Source: the human T2T-CHM13v2.0 reference genome, Homo sapiens. Taken from it: DNA of 64,000 nucleotides. The notes beneath the pieces were generated by a model that ran no database searches, was not told the origin of the DNA, and saw only the letters and a list, made by a program, of their open reading frames with translations. How positions within the stretch are numbered: the stretch's first letter is position 1; each line of letters begins with the position of its first letter. The translations under genes and the position numbers were made by a program. Location: NCBI RefSeq assembly GCF_009914755.1, contig NC_060925.1; one strand, given 5' to 3'. Below are positions 44,030-59,491 of the stretch, piece after piece.

Positions 44030-44255
44030 TAAAAATGATGAACATTTATTAGCATCATTATATACTAGCCAATAAGATGTAGTCTCATCAGTTATTTAGA
44101 TATATTATATCATTAATGTTCAAAAGAGCCCAAAATGGTTGAAATTACCCTCAGTTTCACTAAATAGGAAACGAAAATAAACATAAAAATATTAAGTAAT
44201 TTAGTCATGTTCACTACCAGTTAGTGGTAGAGCTGGGTTAAAAATTAGGTCCATT
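44030..44255 (-). mobile_element. MIR
   Basis: aacatttattagc...aaataggaaacgaa...ttaagtaatttagtcatgttcac...agtggtagagctggg. Confidence 0.7.
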
Positions 44256-44734
44256 TAATCAGAAATTTGTCCTAAATTGTTCTACTATAATGCCTTTTTC
44301 TTGTAGATAGGTACAATAATAATCTACTTTTGGGTAAGATAATATAACTGGTATCTTGAAAGCCTCTGTAAAATATAACAATTATTAATGGAAATATGCA
44401 TACATTTAGAACAAAAACCATATATAAGTTTCCGTTAGACTCTATGCTACCATAGGAACTATGAAATAAACCTAGCTGTAGGGTCATGGTTAGCAAGAAA
44501 GGAAAAATGAAATGAACAAAGACACAGTATCTGAATGATTCGGTCTATAATCCAAAGTATTGGGAAAGTAGAAAGGCAAATGGCCATTTTTTTGCCGGTC
44601 TTTCCATACAATGGCACAGTCTTATTCACTATTTGGATTTCATATGAAGTATTCTAGTTCTAGGAGTATAGCTTCCAGGAACAAGATAAGAGACCAGAAA
44701 CCAAAGCACAATTTTGGTGCTTAAAATTAGGCTT

Positions 44735-44880
44735 TCTTATTATACTGATGTGGGTTTGAATTCTGGCACAATCTTGTTTAACTGTGTGACATTGAGAAAG
44801 TCGCATAAAATTTTATTCACGATTTTGTATTTATTGAGTGGATATAATAGAGCTTAATTCACAGGGATGTGGTAAAGTAT
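44735..44880 (+). mobile_element. MIR
   Basis: tgggtttgaattctggcac...actgtgtgacattgagaaagtc...tcacagggatgtggtaa. Confidence 0.7.
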
Positions 44881-45769
44881 TGTGTTTTTAAATAAAAAGT
44901 ATTTTACCAATGTTAACCCCCATCTTCCGGCTCTGTGCTCGTGTTTTATCTTCATCCATTCTGGGGTGACTAATTAACATGGTGCGTGACTGGATGGGTG
45001 CACTTAGGCTGTTCTAAACATTATATGTTCAATTCAACCCTTTATTCAACAACTGTACATTGCTCTCATATTGAGCAAGGCTCTACCAGGAGTAGTTATT
45101 ACTGTTCCTTTTTTATACAAACATTGATATTCTCTATTTACCTGAAAAACAGTTTGCTTCTGGAAAACTGCAAATGAAACACCTGCTTGCAAAATACATA
45201 TGGGAAAGTCTGCAATGGCTCAAATACTGGAGGCAGATTTTGCCTGGCAGTTCCTTTAGGTGTAATGAATTGGGAAAATGTGTCTTTTACAGAAGCATAA
45301 TGACTTTCCATAGCACAAGTAAGTAGAAAAAATATGAGGAAACTGAAAATTTTAACACCTGTGTTTGTTTAATTCAAGCCAAAGCAAAAAACTGGTGTGT
45401 GTTTGTCAGACAAAGTAAAAACATTGGTTGAGAGAAAATAAATGAAGATCTGCTTAGTTTCAAATATGAAAAAATTTACAGTAAGTTTCAAAGAATTTTA
45501 AAAATCCCTAAAGGGCACTAAATGGATTTCAGACAATGTTTCACTTTTAAATTGTCTTTGTGAAGACATTTTAGAGAATTCCCAAAACTTTCAACAGATA
45601 TGCATTTAGTCTGTGGTACCTAATGAAACACTTATGTATTTTTCTATAAGTCAGGAGCCAGAAGTGCAAATCCATACAAGAAAGACTGTGGTAGAAATAA
45701 ATAATTACTTTCTCAGTTAGATTTACTTAATGTATTCAAGAGTAGACATGATTACATCATTCTTACTAA

Positions 45770-46085
<316 letters not shown>

Positions 46086-46261
46086 TAAAGATTCTTATTA
46101 ATCATTCTTTGAAAACTATGATAGTTCTTACATAATGTTTGTGTTCTAGAATCAGAGATAGTTGGCTATGGTGGTTATTAGATGTTTCCTATTTGACGAG
46201 TTATGTAACCTTTGGAATTCTTAGTCCCTTCATTCTTATAAGGGTGACTATTCTCACTTCA

Positions 46262-46263
<2 letters not shown>

Positions 46264-46307
<44 letters not shown>
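46264..46307. repeat. (GT)22 microsatellite
   Basis: Perfect run of 44 bp. Confidence 0.98.
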
Positions 46308-46310
<3 letters not shown>

Positions 46311-46329
46311 GTTAGGAAACATGTTTTTA

Positions 46330-46502
46330 CATTTTATTTTATTTATTTATGTATTTTTTTTAAGAGACAAGGTCTTTCTCCATTGCCCAGGCTCTAATAG
46401 AGTGGCATGATCCTAGCTCCTTGTACTCCTGGGCTCAAGTGATCCTCAAGCCTTGGCCTCTCAAAGTGCTGGGTTTACAAGTGTGAGCCATCATGCTTGG
46501 CC
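46330..46502 (-). mobile_element. Monomer-length AluJ-type element (left/right arm hybrid)
   Basis: Right-arm 3' part (agtggcatgatcctagctc) joined to left-arm 5' part (cctctcaaagtgctggg); degenerate TSD aggaaa..atgttt. Confidence 0.85.
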
Positions 46503-46694
46503 AGGAAAAATATGTTTAATATGAAAGAAGACATATTAAAGTAAGTCTTGATATTAAGTTTCTTTTATGATACTTAATATATGATAAACATCATTTTAAT
46601 GTATTAGAAAAACTAGGAAAAACTTGAATGCTATCAAATTTATACATTTAAATGGAATAAGCATGACATTATATATCATGAATAATAAACATAA

Positions 46695-47051
<357 letters not shown>

Positions 47052-47614
47052 TAATTAAAAAGAAAACACTATGTGCAAGCTGATGTGAGGGATACAAAAG
47101 TTGCATAAGATATGTTTTTACCTCTCAAGGAAATTATATTCTTGTTGAAAATATGAGAATTGTGCTCACCTCAATGGGTTAAACAATAGCAAAACAATAC
47201 GATAAAGTACTGTGTTGTTAGAAATAGAAAGTACAGGCAATGTCAACCAGAGACTAGTGAGACCCATGTGGTCCAGAGTCACCACGGACAGCTACTTCCA
47301 TTTAAAACTAAAATATCTGTAATTTATCAATAACTATTATTGACTTCTCCCTTCTTTTTGCTTGCTATTTCTTATAAAAATACGCTTTAAAAATAAGAAA
47401 TGGATTTTTAGAATACAACATAAATATATTCCTGACCTTGAAATGGTTGTATGTGATTACTGATAAAACAACTGTCAATTAAATAAAGTGATCCTATTAG
47501 CAATGGAAAATTTCGATAGCATGCTTATAACCAGAGAAATATTTATGGATCCCAGTAGTTAACATATCCTAAAGAAAGTGTGATAGTATATGGGTGTAGC
47601 ACTTTTATAAAATT

Positions 47615-47760
47615 ATTCTTCTCAATGGGAGGCGTCACTATTGGCAATTTGGATGAGAGAATTTCTAGATGGTGAAGGGCTGCCCCTGCATTGCAGATCT
47701 TTAGCATCCACGCTTGCTAATGTCACTAGTGGACTCTATCATTTTCATAACCCAATCCGA
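47615..47760 (-). mobile_element. MER20-like hAT DNA transposon remnant
   Basis: ttctcaatggg...cactattggcaatttgg...gggctgcccctgcattgcagatctttagcatcc. Confidence 0.6.
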
Positions 47761-48156
47761 CCAACAGGATTCCATATTTCTGCATATGATCCAGCAATAT
47801 TATTTCAAGAATTTCCCCACACGCATTTTGAGGAAAATCTTGAACACACACACACACACACATGCACGCACACAATTCTTGGTGCTTTTATGTAAAATCA
47901 TCTTTCAGATATGTTTTTTCCATGCTACATTTTAATTCATCATTGGGGGCCACATTCCTCCTTCCATAACACCCAAACATTAAAAAATATCTTCCAAACA
48001 GACTGCAAAGATTCCAGCAAAACACCTATTCTAAAATATTGCTGTCTCTTGTTGTTAGTCTTATTCATAATATTCCAAGGCAATATTCTTTTAATCTCTG
48101 TATTTTAACATAGACTAGTGAATTTAAAGAATTCTGTCCAGTGTTTCTTTTATAAC

Positions 48157-51100
48157 TTTTTCTTTTTTTCATTTTTACTTTTTGTGAATATATACTAGGT
48201 GTACATATTTATGTGGTATATGGAATATTTTGATACAAGCATACAATGTGTAATAAGAACATCAGGGTACATGGGGGTATCCATCACCTCAAGCATTTAT
48301 CCTTTGTGTTACAAATAATCTAATTATTCTCCTTTAGTTATATTTGAATGTATAATTAAATCATTGTTTACTATAGTCACCCTACTATGCTATAAAATAC
48401 TAGATTTACTCATTTTTTCTAATTTTTTGTGCCCATTAACCAATCACATTCTCCCCACTCTGATAACCCAATACACTTCCCAGCCTCTGGTAACCATCAT
48501 TCTACTCTCTGTCTCCATGGGTTCAATTTTTTTGATTTTTTAGCTTCAACAAAAATGTGAGAACATGTGATGTTTGTCTTTATGTGCCTGTATTATTTCA
48601 CTTTACATAATGATCTCCAGCTCCGTCCATGTTGTTGCAAATGACAGGATCTCATTCTTTTTAATGGCTGAATAGTACTCTATTGTGTATATGTACCACA
48701 TTTTTTAAATCATTTATCAGTTGATGGATACTTATGTTGTTTCCAAGTCTTGGCTACTGGTTTGTTACAGCACTATTGTGAATAGTGCTCCAATAAACAT
48801 GGGAGTGAAGTTGTCGCTTTGATTTACTGATTTCTTTTCTTTTGGGTATATACCTAGCAGTCGGATTGCTGGATCATAAGGCAGCTCTATATTTAGTTTT
48901 AAGGAATCGCCAAACTTTCTCCATAGTAGTTGTACTAATTTCCATTTTCCTCAACACTGTACGGGGATTGCCTTTCTCCACATCCTTGCCAGCATATACT
49001 ATTGTCTGTCATTGTATAAAAGCCATTTTAACTGTGGTAAGATGATATCTCATTGTAGTTTTGATTTGCATTTATCTGATGAGCAATAATTTTGAGAACC
49101 TTTCATATATGCCTGTTTGCCATTCATATGTCTTTTGTGAGAAGTATCTATTTTGCCCATTTTAAAATTAGATTATTAGGGTTTTTTGCCCATTTAAAAA
49201 TTAAATTATTAGTTTTCTTCCTACAGGGTAGTTTCAGCTCCTTACATATTCTGGTTATTAATCCCTTGTCATATGGATAGTTTGAAAATATTTTCTCCCA
49301 TTCTGTGGGTTGTCTCTTCACTATGTTGATTGTTTCTTTTACTGTGCAGAAGATTTTTTAACTTGATATGATACCTTTTGTCTATTAGTTTGGTTGCCTG
49401 TGCTTGTGGGATATTACTCAAGAAATCTGCCCAGATCAATGTCCTGGAGATTTACCCCAATCTTTTCTTGTAGTAGTTTCATAGTATGAGGTCTTAGGTT
49501 TAAGTATTTAATCTATTTTTATTTGAATTTGTATATGGTGAGAGATAAAGGTCCAATTTTATTCTTTTGCATGTAGATATCCAGTATTCCCAGAATCATT
49601 TATTAAAGAGATTGATCTTTCCCCAATGCATGGCCTTGGCATCTTTGCTGAAAACGAGTTTACTATAGATGTATGAATTTGTTTCTGGGTTCTCTATACT
49701 GTTCCATTGATCTATGTGTCTGCTTTGATACCAGTACCATGCTCTTTTTGTTACTATAGCTCTGTGGTACAATTTGAAGTAATTTGAAGTCAGTTTAATC
49801 TGATTCCTAAGTTTTTTAAAAATTTTCAGTGTGTACAGATTTGGCTAGTCTAGATCCTTTGTGGCTCCATATAAATTTTAGAATTTTTTTTCTATTTCTG
49901 CAAAGAATGTCATTGGTATTTTGATAGGAATTGCATTGAATCTATAGATTGCTTTAGGTAGTATGGACATTTTCACAATACTTATTGATCCCATCCATGA
50001 ACATGGAATAGTTTTTCATTTTTGTGTGTCCTCTTCAATTTCTTTAATCAATGCTTTATAGTTTTTAATGTACAGGTCTTTTACTTCTTTGGTTAAATTA
50101 AATCCTAGGTATTTAATTTTATTTGTAGCTATTGTAAATAGGATTACTTTCTTGATTTCTTTTACACATTGTTCACTGTTGGCATATAGAAATGTTATAG
50201 ATATCTGTATGTTAATTGTGCATCCTGAAACTTTACTGAATTTGCTTATCAGTTCTAGTAGGTTTTTTTTTTTTGGTGGAGTTTTTCCCAAATATAAGAT
50301 TATGTCATCAGCAAACAAAAATTTTGACTTCTTCCTTTCTAATTGGGATAACTTTATTTCTTTCTCTTGCCTCATTGCTCCAGATAGAACTTCCAGTAAT
50401 ATGTTAAATAACAGTGGTCAAAGTGGGCATCCTTGTTGCATTCCTGATCCGAGAAGAAAAGTGTTCAATTTTTCCCCATTTAGTATGATGCTAGTTGTGG
50501 GTCTGCTATACATGGTTTTTATTATGTGGAGGTATTTCCTTCTATACCCAGTTCTTTGAGGATGTTTATCATAAAGAATTCTGAATTTCATCAAATGCCT
50601 TTTCAGCATCAATTGAAAGGATCATTTGGTTTATGTCCCTCATTCTGTTGATAGGATCTATCACTTTTGTTGATTTACATATGCTTAATCATTTTTGTAA
50701 ACCTGGGGTAAATTGCACTTGTTCATGATGAATAATTATTTTAATGTATCTTCGGAATTAGTTTGTTAGTATTTTGTTGAGGACGTTTTCATTAATGTTC
50801 ACTAGGCATATTGACCTGTAGTTTTTTGTTGTTGTTTGCTCTTTTTGTTTGTTTTTGATGTGCGTTGTCTGGTTTTGGTGTCAGGGTATGCTGGCTTTGT
50901 AAAATGAATTTGGAAGTACTCCCTCCTCCATTTTTCTGAGTAGTTAGAGTAGAATTTGTTAATATAACTCTTACTCAATTCTTCTTTATATGTTTGGTAA
51001 AATTCAGTAGTGAAGCCATTGGGTCCCTGGCTTTTCTTTGCTGGAAGACTTATTATTATGGCTTCAATCATTTTACTCATTGCCGGTCTGTTCAGATTAT

Positions 51101-53085
51101 AGATTTATCTCTAATCTAGTTCAATTTTGATTGGTTGTATGTGTCAAGGAACTTATCCATTCCTTCTGGGTTTTCCAATTTATTGGCATATAGTTATTCA
51201 TATTTGCCTCTAATTGTCCTTTCAATTTCTGCCACATTGGTAATAATGTCTTCTTTTTCATCTCTAATTTTATGTATTTCAGTCTTCTTTCTTTTTTTCA
51301 TAATTAGTCAATTTTATTTATCTTTTTTTTAATAGCAACTTTTGGTTTTGTTGATCATTTATACTGTTTTCTACTTTTCAATTTCATTTATTTCTGCTCT
51401 GATCTTTATTTTTTTATTGTCTTCTACTAATTTGGGGTTTAATTTGCTCTTATTTCTCATTCTTTAAGATGCATCATTAGGTGAGTTGTTTGAAGTCTTT
51501 CTACTTCTTAGATCTAGGCACTTAACAGCTATAAACTTCCCTCTTAGTACTGCTTTTGCTGTACCCCATAGGTTTTGGTGTGTTGTGTTTCCATTATCAT
51601 TTGTTTCAAAATTTTTTTAAATTTTCCTCTTAATCTGTTCACGAATCACTGGTCATTCAGAAGCATATTGCTTAAATTCCATTCATTTACATAATTACCA
51701 AAATTTCTCTTGTTATTGATTTCTATTTTTATTCCAATATGTTCAGAGAAGATGCTTGATATGATTTCAACTTGTTTGAATGTTTTAAGATGTGTTTTGT
51801 GGCCTAACATTGGCTTATCTTTGGGAATAATCCGTGTGTTGAGAAGAATGTGTATTCTGAAGCCTTTGGATGAAATGTTCTGTAAATATCTATTAGTCCC
51901 ATTTGGTATAGTGCAGATTAAGTTCAATGCTTCTTTTTTGATTCATTAGTGCTATCTGGATAAACCGTCTAATGCTGAAAGTCAGTGTTGAAGTCTCTAG
52001 CTGTTATTTTATTTGGGTTTTTTTTTCTCTCTTTAGCTCTATTAATATTTGATTTAAATATCTGGCTGCTCCAGTGTTGGGTTCATATATACTAACACTT
52101 GCCATATCTTCTTGCTGAATTTACCACTTTATTATCATGTAATGACTTGCTTAGTCTCTTATGATACTTTTTGTCTTTAAATCTATTTTGTCATATATAA
52201 CTATTCATGCTCTTTCTTGGCATGGAATATCTTTTTACATTCTATTATTTTCAGTCTATGTGTATCTTTTAGGGGAAGTATGTTTCTCATAGACAACAGG
52301 ACATTGGGTCTTTTTTTATTCATTCAGTGACTCTATGCCTTCTGATTGAAGAGTTTAGTCCATTTACATGGAATGTTATTATTGATGAGTAAGAGCTTAC
52401 TACTGCCATTTTGTTATTTGATTTTTTGGTTATTTTGTGGTCTTCTTCCTTTGATTCCTGTCTTCTTTTTAGTTAAACAATTTCCTCTGGTGGAATGTTT
52501 TAATTTCTTGCTTTTTTATTTTTTGTATCCACTGTATGTGTTTGACTTGAGGTTACAATGAGGCTTGCAAATAACACCTTATAACCCATTATTTTAAACT
52601 GATGACAACCTAACACTGATTGCATAGACAAACTAAATAAACAAGCACAAAGAAAACTAATAAAACTCTACACTTTACATTGGTCCCCTTGCTTTTTACC
52701 TTTTATTTTTCTACTTATATTATATTGAACTATGCCTTGAAGAGTCATAGTTATTTTTGATTGATTCTTCTTTTAATCTTTCTACCTAAGATATGAGTTG
52801 TGTACACAACACAATTACAGTGCTATTATATTCTGAGTTTTTCCATTTATATACTATTACCAGTGAGTTTTGTACATTCAGATGACATTTTATTGCTCAT
52901 TAACATTCTTTTCTTTCTGACTGAAGTATTTCCTTTAGCATGTCTTGTAGGATAGTTCTGGTGTAGAAATCCCTCAACTTACACTAATCAGGGAAAGTCT
53001 TTATTTTTTCTTCATGTTTGAAGGATATTTTCACTGCATATCGTATTCTAGGAAACGTTTTTCCTTCAGCACTTTAAATATCAGC
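48157..53085 (-). mobile_element. L1MA (about MA1-3), ~4.9 kb, 5'-truncated, disrupted ORF2
   Basis: 3' end taggtgtacatatttatg...tccatcacctcaagcatttatcctttgtgttacaaa; ORF fragments [48 protein letters not shown]. Confidence 0.97.
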
Positions 53086-53166
53086 ATTGGAGGCTAACAT
53101 TTTCTCTGATATCCTTCATTTTAAGTTCCCCATTTTCTCTGGGTTTCCCTGGAAACTTCTTTTTGA

Positions 53167-53524
<358 letters not shown>

Positions 53525-53539
53525 GTACCTGAAGTTTTA

Positions 53540-54225
53540 TAGAGCTGTAACTAGACCTCAGTTTGAGCTGTGACTTCCATGAGTGCCGCTCACCCCGACT
53601 CCTGGCTTAAGTGAGAAAGGAAGACTAGAGGAAGCTAGAACTGAGTATTTCCCTTCCCCCAGCTTTGTTAGGTTTGGGGAAACTCCAGTCTGTTTGGCTT
53701 TAGTAAAATAATTTTATTTGAAGCAGTCTTGGTTAAGAAGACTAAAATGATCTGGGTGTATGTTAAAATAGACATTTGTTTTTGTTTTTTCTTTCTGTCC
53801 CTAATGGAAGCATAACGAGATTTTTTCCCGTATTTCTACTCTGAGAACCTGGTAGGGCTCCTGGAACAAACGAAAGCATATGTATGCTGAGTGGGATAAA
53901 ACTGACCCTCCTCGAAGTTTTTAGCTTTCAAATGTGTTCATGTTGAGCCTCCAATAATTTCATCCAATATAATTTGAGGTTTTTCTTTGTACTGGTTCCT
54001 GCAGAGATACTTTTGCCCCTGGGTTTCTGCTATGGTAAGTTGTAATTTTCTGTATTCAACTGTTTTTCTCTCCAATTTTGGAGGCAGCAATTTGTCCTGC
54101 AACCTTAAATCTATGATGAATCTAAAAAGAGTTGTTGATTTTCAGTTTATTCACCTCTTTTTATTATTGTGATCATGGGATTGATAACTTCCAAGCTCCC
54201 AACATGCTGGACTGGAAGCCAAGAC
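53540..54225 (-). mobile_element. Old L1M 5'-end region (MC/MD-like)
   Basis: tgagaacctggtagggctcctgg; gtaagttgtaattttctgtattc; gatgaatctaaaaagagttgttgattttcagttt; aacttccaagctc. Confidence 0.7.
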
Positions 54226-54329
54226 TTCTTCCTTTATTTTTACATTAAATGAAAACAAAACCTAACATATTAATAAACAAAACATTCTTTAGCTCCACAT
54301 GCATTCAAAACACTCTGTTTTCTTCATAT

Positions 54330-54800
54330 ACTCACTCATTTCACTCATCATCCTCTGCCTGCAATATACCCCTTATAGCCTCAATCCCTAACCTAGAATT
54401 AAATTGATTTTACAAGGTTACACTTTCCTAATTACCAAATCCAATAAAAACATTTGATATTTGTTCTTATATAGGTTAATTCATGTGTACCATTTTAAAA
54501 TACAGGCTATTTTATTGCATAACTATTCTCTTGATTTTCAATGTGCTATTTACTCTTCTTCTCTGGCTACTTTTTCTGAATCCCTTGTATTAAGCCTTGT
54601 CTTTAGTGTACTTGTCTTCTTAACTCGTCACCAGTCATCAGGGCTTTGTTCTAAGTCTTCTTCTTTTTGTAGTTTATATAGTTCCTGTAGATGACCTCAT
54701 ATCCTGCTAAAATTTTTTATTAAATCCTCCTACCACAAGCTAGTTTTTCCACATTTGCTTGTTAGCTCAGAGAATGACATCATTAGTCACCCATTTGAAT
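54330..54800 (+). mobile_element. L2 remnant
   Basis: ttcctaattaccaaatccaat; tctctggctactttttctgaatccc; tcagggctttgttctaagtc. Confidence 0.55.
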
Positions 54801-57800
54801 CTTAAATTAATTCATTATTTTTAAGGGTCATAATAATGTTTTTAGTAGTCTGAGATACATGTAGCAAAATATAAATTTAAAAAAACTGCAACATATTTCA
54901 TTCAAGTTTCTTACTATTGAATTCACTTAACTACTTCAGATTCTCTAAACAATGTGCATTCATGGCACATATTTCATTTCTTCTTTTATACATACAATGT
55001 TATGGAATTATTCTTAATAATCCACCTGAATAATCGCATATGGATGCAAAGAATGGAACAGCATAAAAGTAAAACTTAAAGAAGATGTATAACAGAACCA
55101 CATAAATAAGGCTTTTAATATTAAGCCAAACCTCCTTTATAGTAACTCACAAATCATGTACATGTGCTTTATGATACAGACTTTTTTAGAAATAAAGAGC
55201 CCAATTTTGGCTGAGGCCCAATTCAAATATTAAAATTTAGTTTTTATTTTTCTACAGAGAAAATCCTTTTATAAATCTGAAGGATGTTTTTGCACAGGAT
55301 ACAAATGGGACCCTAGTGTAGCATGTAATGTGGTGCTGATTCAACAGATTTTTATCAAAAAACCTTGCTTTCCTTATTTTTACAAAAAGATGCCATAGCC
55401 CTTTGCTATAGGTTATTTTTAATTTTTAGCAGCTTGAAATAATGGAAGACAGAGAAGCTAAAACAAAAAAAGTCATGAATAAAACTATATTTCAATGTGA
55501 AAATATGTATAAGTACAAACTGTTAAAGTTACTATGTTAGAGGCCTAGTTTATCTTTCTAATAGCCTGATGATTCAGTCTTTTTTTGTACCAGCATCTCT
55601 ACCTGAATATTGTACATTCCAACTCAAGAACAACAGGATTTGAAGATCTATGAGAGGTTGTTTTCCTTTGAAGTGTTTCTTAACAGTACAGATCACATGA
55701 ATCAGATCTTCTTTACATACTATGACATATATTCCTAGGAAGTATACAAAAACTTAAAAAATATGTTATGGTATTTGACATTACCTTGAAGACACTTTGG
55801 CAGAGACACTTGAGTTGCAGAGGTTTCTAAAGATAAGGAATACTGAAATGTTTCCTACGGTCAAACACAGAATCCATTTTTAGAAGTTCACTGACAGTAG
55901 TGTTGAGAATAGTATGAGGAAGAGGCTGTTGAAATCAAGATCCCAGGAAGAAGCTATTAAAATCACAGCAGTGGAAATGAAAAACATTGTTTAAATATAT
56001 TTTTAGAGGACAGCAATGAGGAGACTTTACAGAATAGGATTTGGAGGGGCAAGACAGAAAGAAATCAAGAATGATTCATCACCTCTTTTCCAGCTGGAAG
56101 CACAGAGTGAGTTAAGGAGAGCTAAAAGAAAATGTTAGTTGTGCCAGATATCCTGAATTAAAAACAACTTGATTTTGTAGAACTGAAGGCCAAACTCATG
56201 AGAAGAATAATGTGCCCAGAAGATTTTTTTTTAAATGAAACTGATTGAGGATTCACAAGACGTGGAAAAGCTAAGCACAATCATGAGGAATGTAGGTAAA
56301 TATATTCTGAAATGAATCAGATGACTAGAATGACAACTTATGAAATGTAGCAACCAGTTTACTTGCAGAACCAACACTGACATTTGTTACCTGGATGAAG
56401 GTATCCGTGAAATGAGGTAAAAGGTCAAAAAGTTGCTGCAGCACTCTTGCTTTGCCAAATTTTTAACTGCACTTTGCTAAGCTCAACAAGGTTTCAGTTA
56501 ACATGCAGAGCATTGTGAAATCACAAATTGCATAGAGTTACTCAAACCTGAAGTTACCAAATATGCCAATTAACAAGTGTTGCTATAGGATAATCAATTT
56601 TTTTTAAAATTACACTGTTAATTATTATACATATGCTACCCAAGTCTTTCTCATTGAGTAAGAAGAAAAATTTGATTTATTCTTTATCTGCACAACTTAA
56701 GCAGTTTGTTCTTTATCTGACACAATTAGTGTGTTAAGTAGTAAAACTAATAAACAGTACTGTAACCATTTTGAAGTTACATTGCAATTTTAGCCTAGAA
56801 TACCATGAGCTACTCTGTACTAGCGTGGCACCAATAATTAATTAAATATTTTATGTTAACTAGATATTATTGTAGAATAAAAGTAATTTCAACATTTTGA
56901 AAAGATGTTACTTTCTAAAGCTTGTAGCTACTAACATTTTTCTACTATGAAAATGCCATCCATAGCTTCCTATTTTTAGTCAGATTTTGAAATTGCATTG
57001 CATAAGTCTTAAATTTAAATAAGTTCGACTCTCTTTCCCTAGGGATTAGCTGCTTTACAAAGAGATACTTCTCTTTCATAGATTGTTTTAATAGATTTTT
57101 AAATTCATGTCTTGGCTTTTCAAAAAAATAAGCCATAACAGGATAAAATTTTTAGTTAAATTATAAGCAAAAGAGGTGAGACAGAATACTTAATTATCTA
57201 AATATGAAGGACAAATCACTGATAATCAGAAAGTAGTCATTCTGGAGAACAATTAAATAAACAAGTGAGACTCCTAGGTTAATAAAATTGTCACATGTTA
57301 TTAAGTTGATGGCAGTGTAGATAAAGAGTACATACAATTGATTTCTGTTTTAGTCCTAAACCTCATTATTGCTTATTAAAGTGTCAAATCAACATGTTTC
57401 TTATTTATTTAGCATGAAACTCAAGAGTAATTGATAATTTAAAAATGCTTCAAAGGACTGGGGCTGTTACTGAAAGAACTTTTTTATTATATACTAATAA
57501 AAAGGTAAAATTTTCAGAGGATTGTTGGTGAGCTGACTTTATTGACATTCCACATTTCTACGCTGTTGATAAGTGTTTTCTAGACGGGGACTGTGGTTTA
57601 GCAATTTGCTATCTATAGCAATCCAAATGGGATTTCATAAATTGTTGGAAACTCAGGAGGTCATTCCAGCCTTACACTGTGAATGGCTTAGTACATTTGC
57701 CTTTTTAAGTGAGTAAGGAAAACAACACTTGCCAATTCTTGAATGTGTTTCATTGCGTGGAGCAAATGATCCATATTAATGAAATTTAACACTGCTTTAG

Positions 57801-58419
57801 TGAATATTGATTCGTTCATTTATTAAATAAATTTGAAAATATTAATAGAGTTCCTGGCATACACACTGTGGCTCGAGCTAGGGCACTTGTCCTCTGGTAG
57901 AGAATTTTAATTTAGAAACAATCACTACAATAGAGAATAAATAAGAGGGAGCACCAAAATTTCTGGGAGAAATACAGGGAGTTCTTAAAAAAAAAAACCC
58001 AGTATTTGTGCTGGGTAATAAAATACAGTTGAACTGTTTCTACTAAAAATGTATTCAATATTATTCTACAAAATGACCCATTTATATGCTTTCAAAATTA
58101 AAAATGGGTTTGTTGATTTTCACTTTTGCTTATTCAGGAAATGATTATGATGTCATATAAATGTAGTCTATAGGAATGGACTAAATGTCTCCAAACCCTG
58201 TCACTAGGAGGGATGACACCATGGCAGAGGCAAAAGCTTTAGAAAATGGATGAGAGAGAGAGAGCTGGGCTCTGAGGGGGATAACTGTGAGATGCCAATA
58301 AGATGGCAGGAGCTACCAGTCGGGCATCATGAGCATACCCCTGCCAACCCAACTGTCAGACTCCAGATCTTCAGTAAAGTCCTATCTACACAATGATTAT
58401 ATTCTCTAGCAAAGAAATG

Positions 58420-59470
58420 TCAGAGTTTCATATTTGGGTCCACTGAGAGGTAGAATCAGAAGAAACACAAACAGAACCTTGAGATAATAAGCAAGTATTT
58501 GGTCTAAGAGTATAGAATTATCATTAACTGGAATGGTAAAGATTTTGAAGATTTGCAAAGAGATATGAAGGCGATATGAAGAGTTCAATTTGACATGTTT
58601 TATTTGAAATAACTACCAGATATTCAAGTGGAAATCTCAGGTCTGAAATTCTCTGCAGAAATGTGGGTTGAAGCCAATTGTAAATCCTGTCAAACCAAGA
58701 ACCTGGATGAGATTACTAACAGAGTGATGGCAGATAGAGAATTGTGGAAGCTGAGCACTCTAATTTTATGAAGTCTGGGAGAAAAAATACCAGCAAAAAA
58801 TTTAAAAAAATGTATAGAAAGAAGTTAGTGCAGCCCAAACTTGCTCTTCGAGCTTCTCTTACCACTATAACTCATTTGCTTTTGCTTACTGAGGGAAGAG
58901 GAGATGTTGATTCTCTTTGATTTTTTTTTTTTTTTTACTTAGATATAGAACTGTGAAAAGTAAGGGGGAAGGATGAGAAACCAAGAGTGGTTCCGTGGAA
59001 GCCAAATGAATTTCTAGGTTTCTAAGATGTCTTGCATGTTAAATACTACTTACTTATTGCTCAATTAACATAAAGATGAAGAGCTCACCTTTCATAGCTA
59101 TATGGTAGTCATGGTCATCATGAACACACCAATTTTAAAGCAGTGTTTAGGAAAATCTTAACAGATCATTTAAGAGAAAAATGGAAAAATGAAATTTGGA
59201 GACAGAAAGCCTAAGCAACTCTTTAGGAGTTTTGCTGAAAAATGAACAAATAAATGAATTGAGAGCTCCAGGGAAATGGAGATGAAAGAAAAAAAGGTAT
59301 TTCTTGTAACAACCAAAAATATAAATTACTTATATGCTAGCTAATGTTATTCAGTAAAGAAGGAAAATTATGAAAATGAAAAGGGAAGAAGTATGAGTAA
59401 CATTCTTGAATTAGCATAATTGGAAGGGACTTACCTACAAGTAAAAGAAATGGCCTATATAGGAGCAGAA
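58420..59470 (-). mobile_element. L2 remnant
   Basis: gagttcaatttgacatgtttt...cagatattcaagtggaaat; acctggatgagattac; gtggaagccaa; gcaactctttaggagttttgctg. Confidence 0.7.
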
Positions 59471-59491
59471 GTTCAGCTATAGTAACATGAG

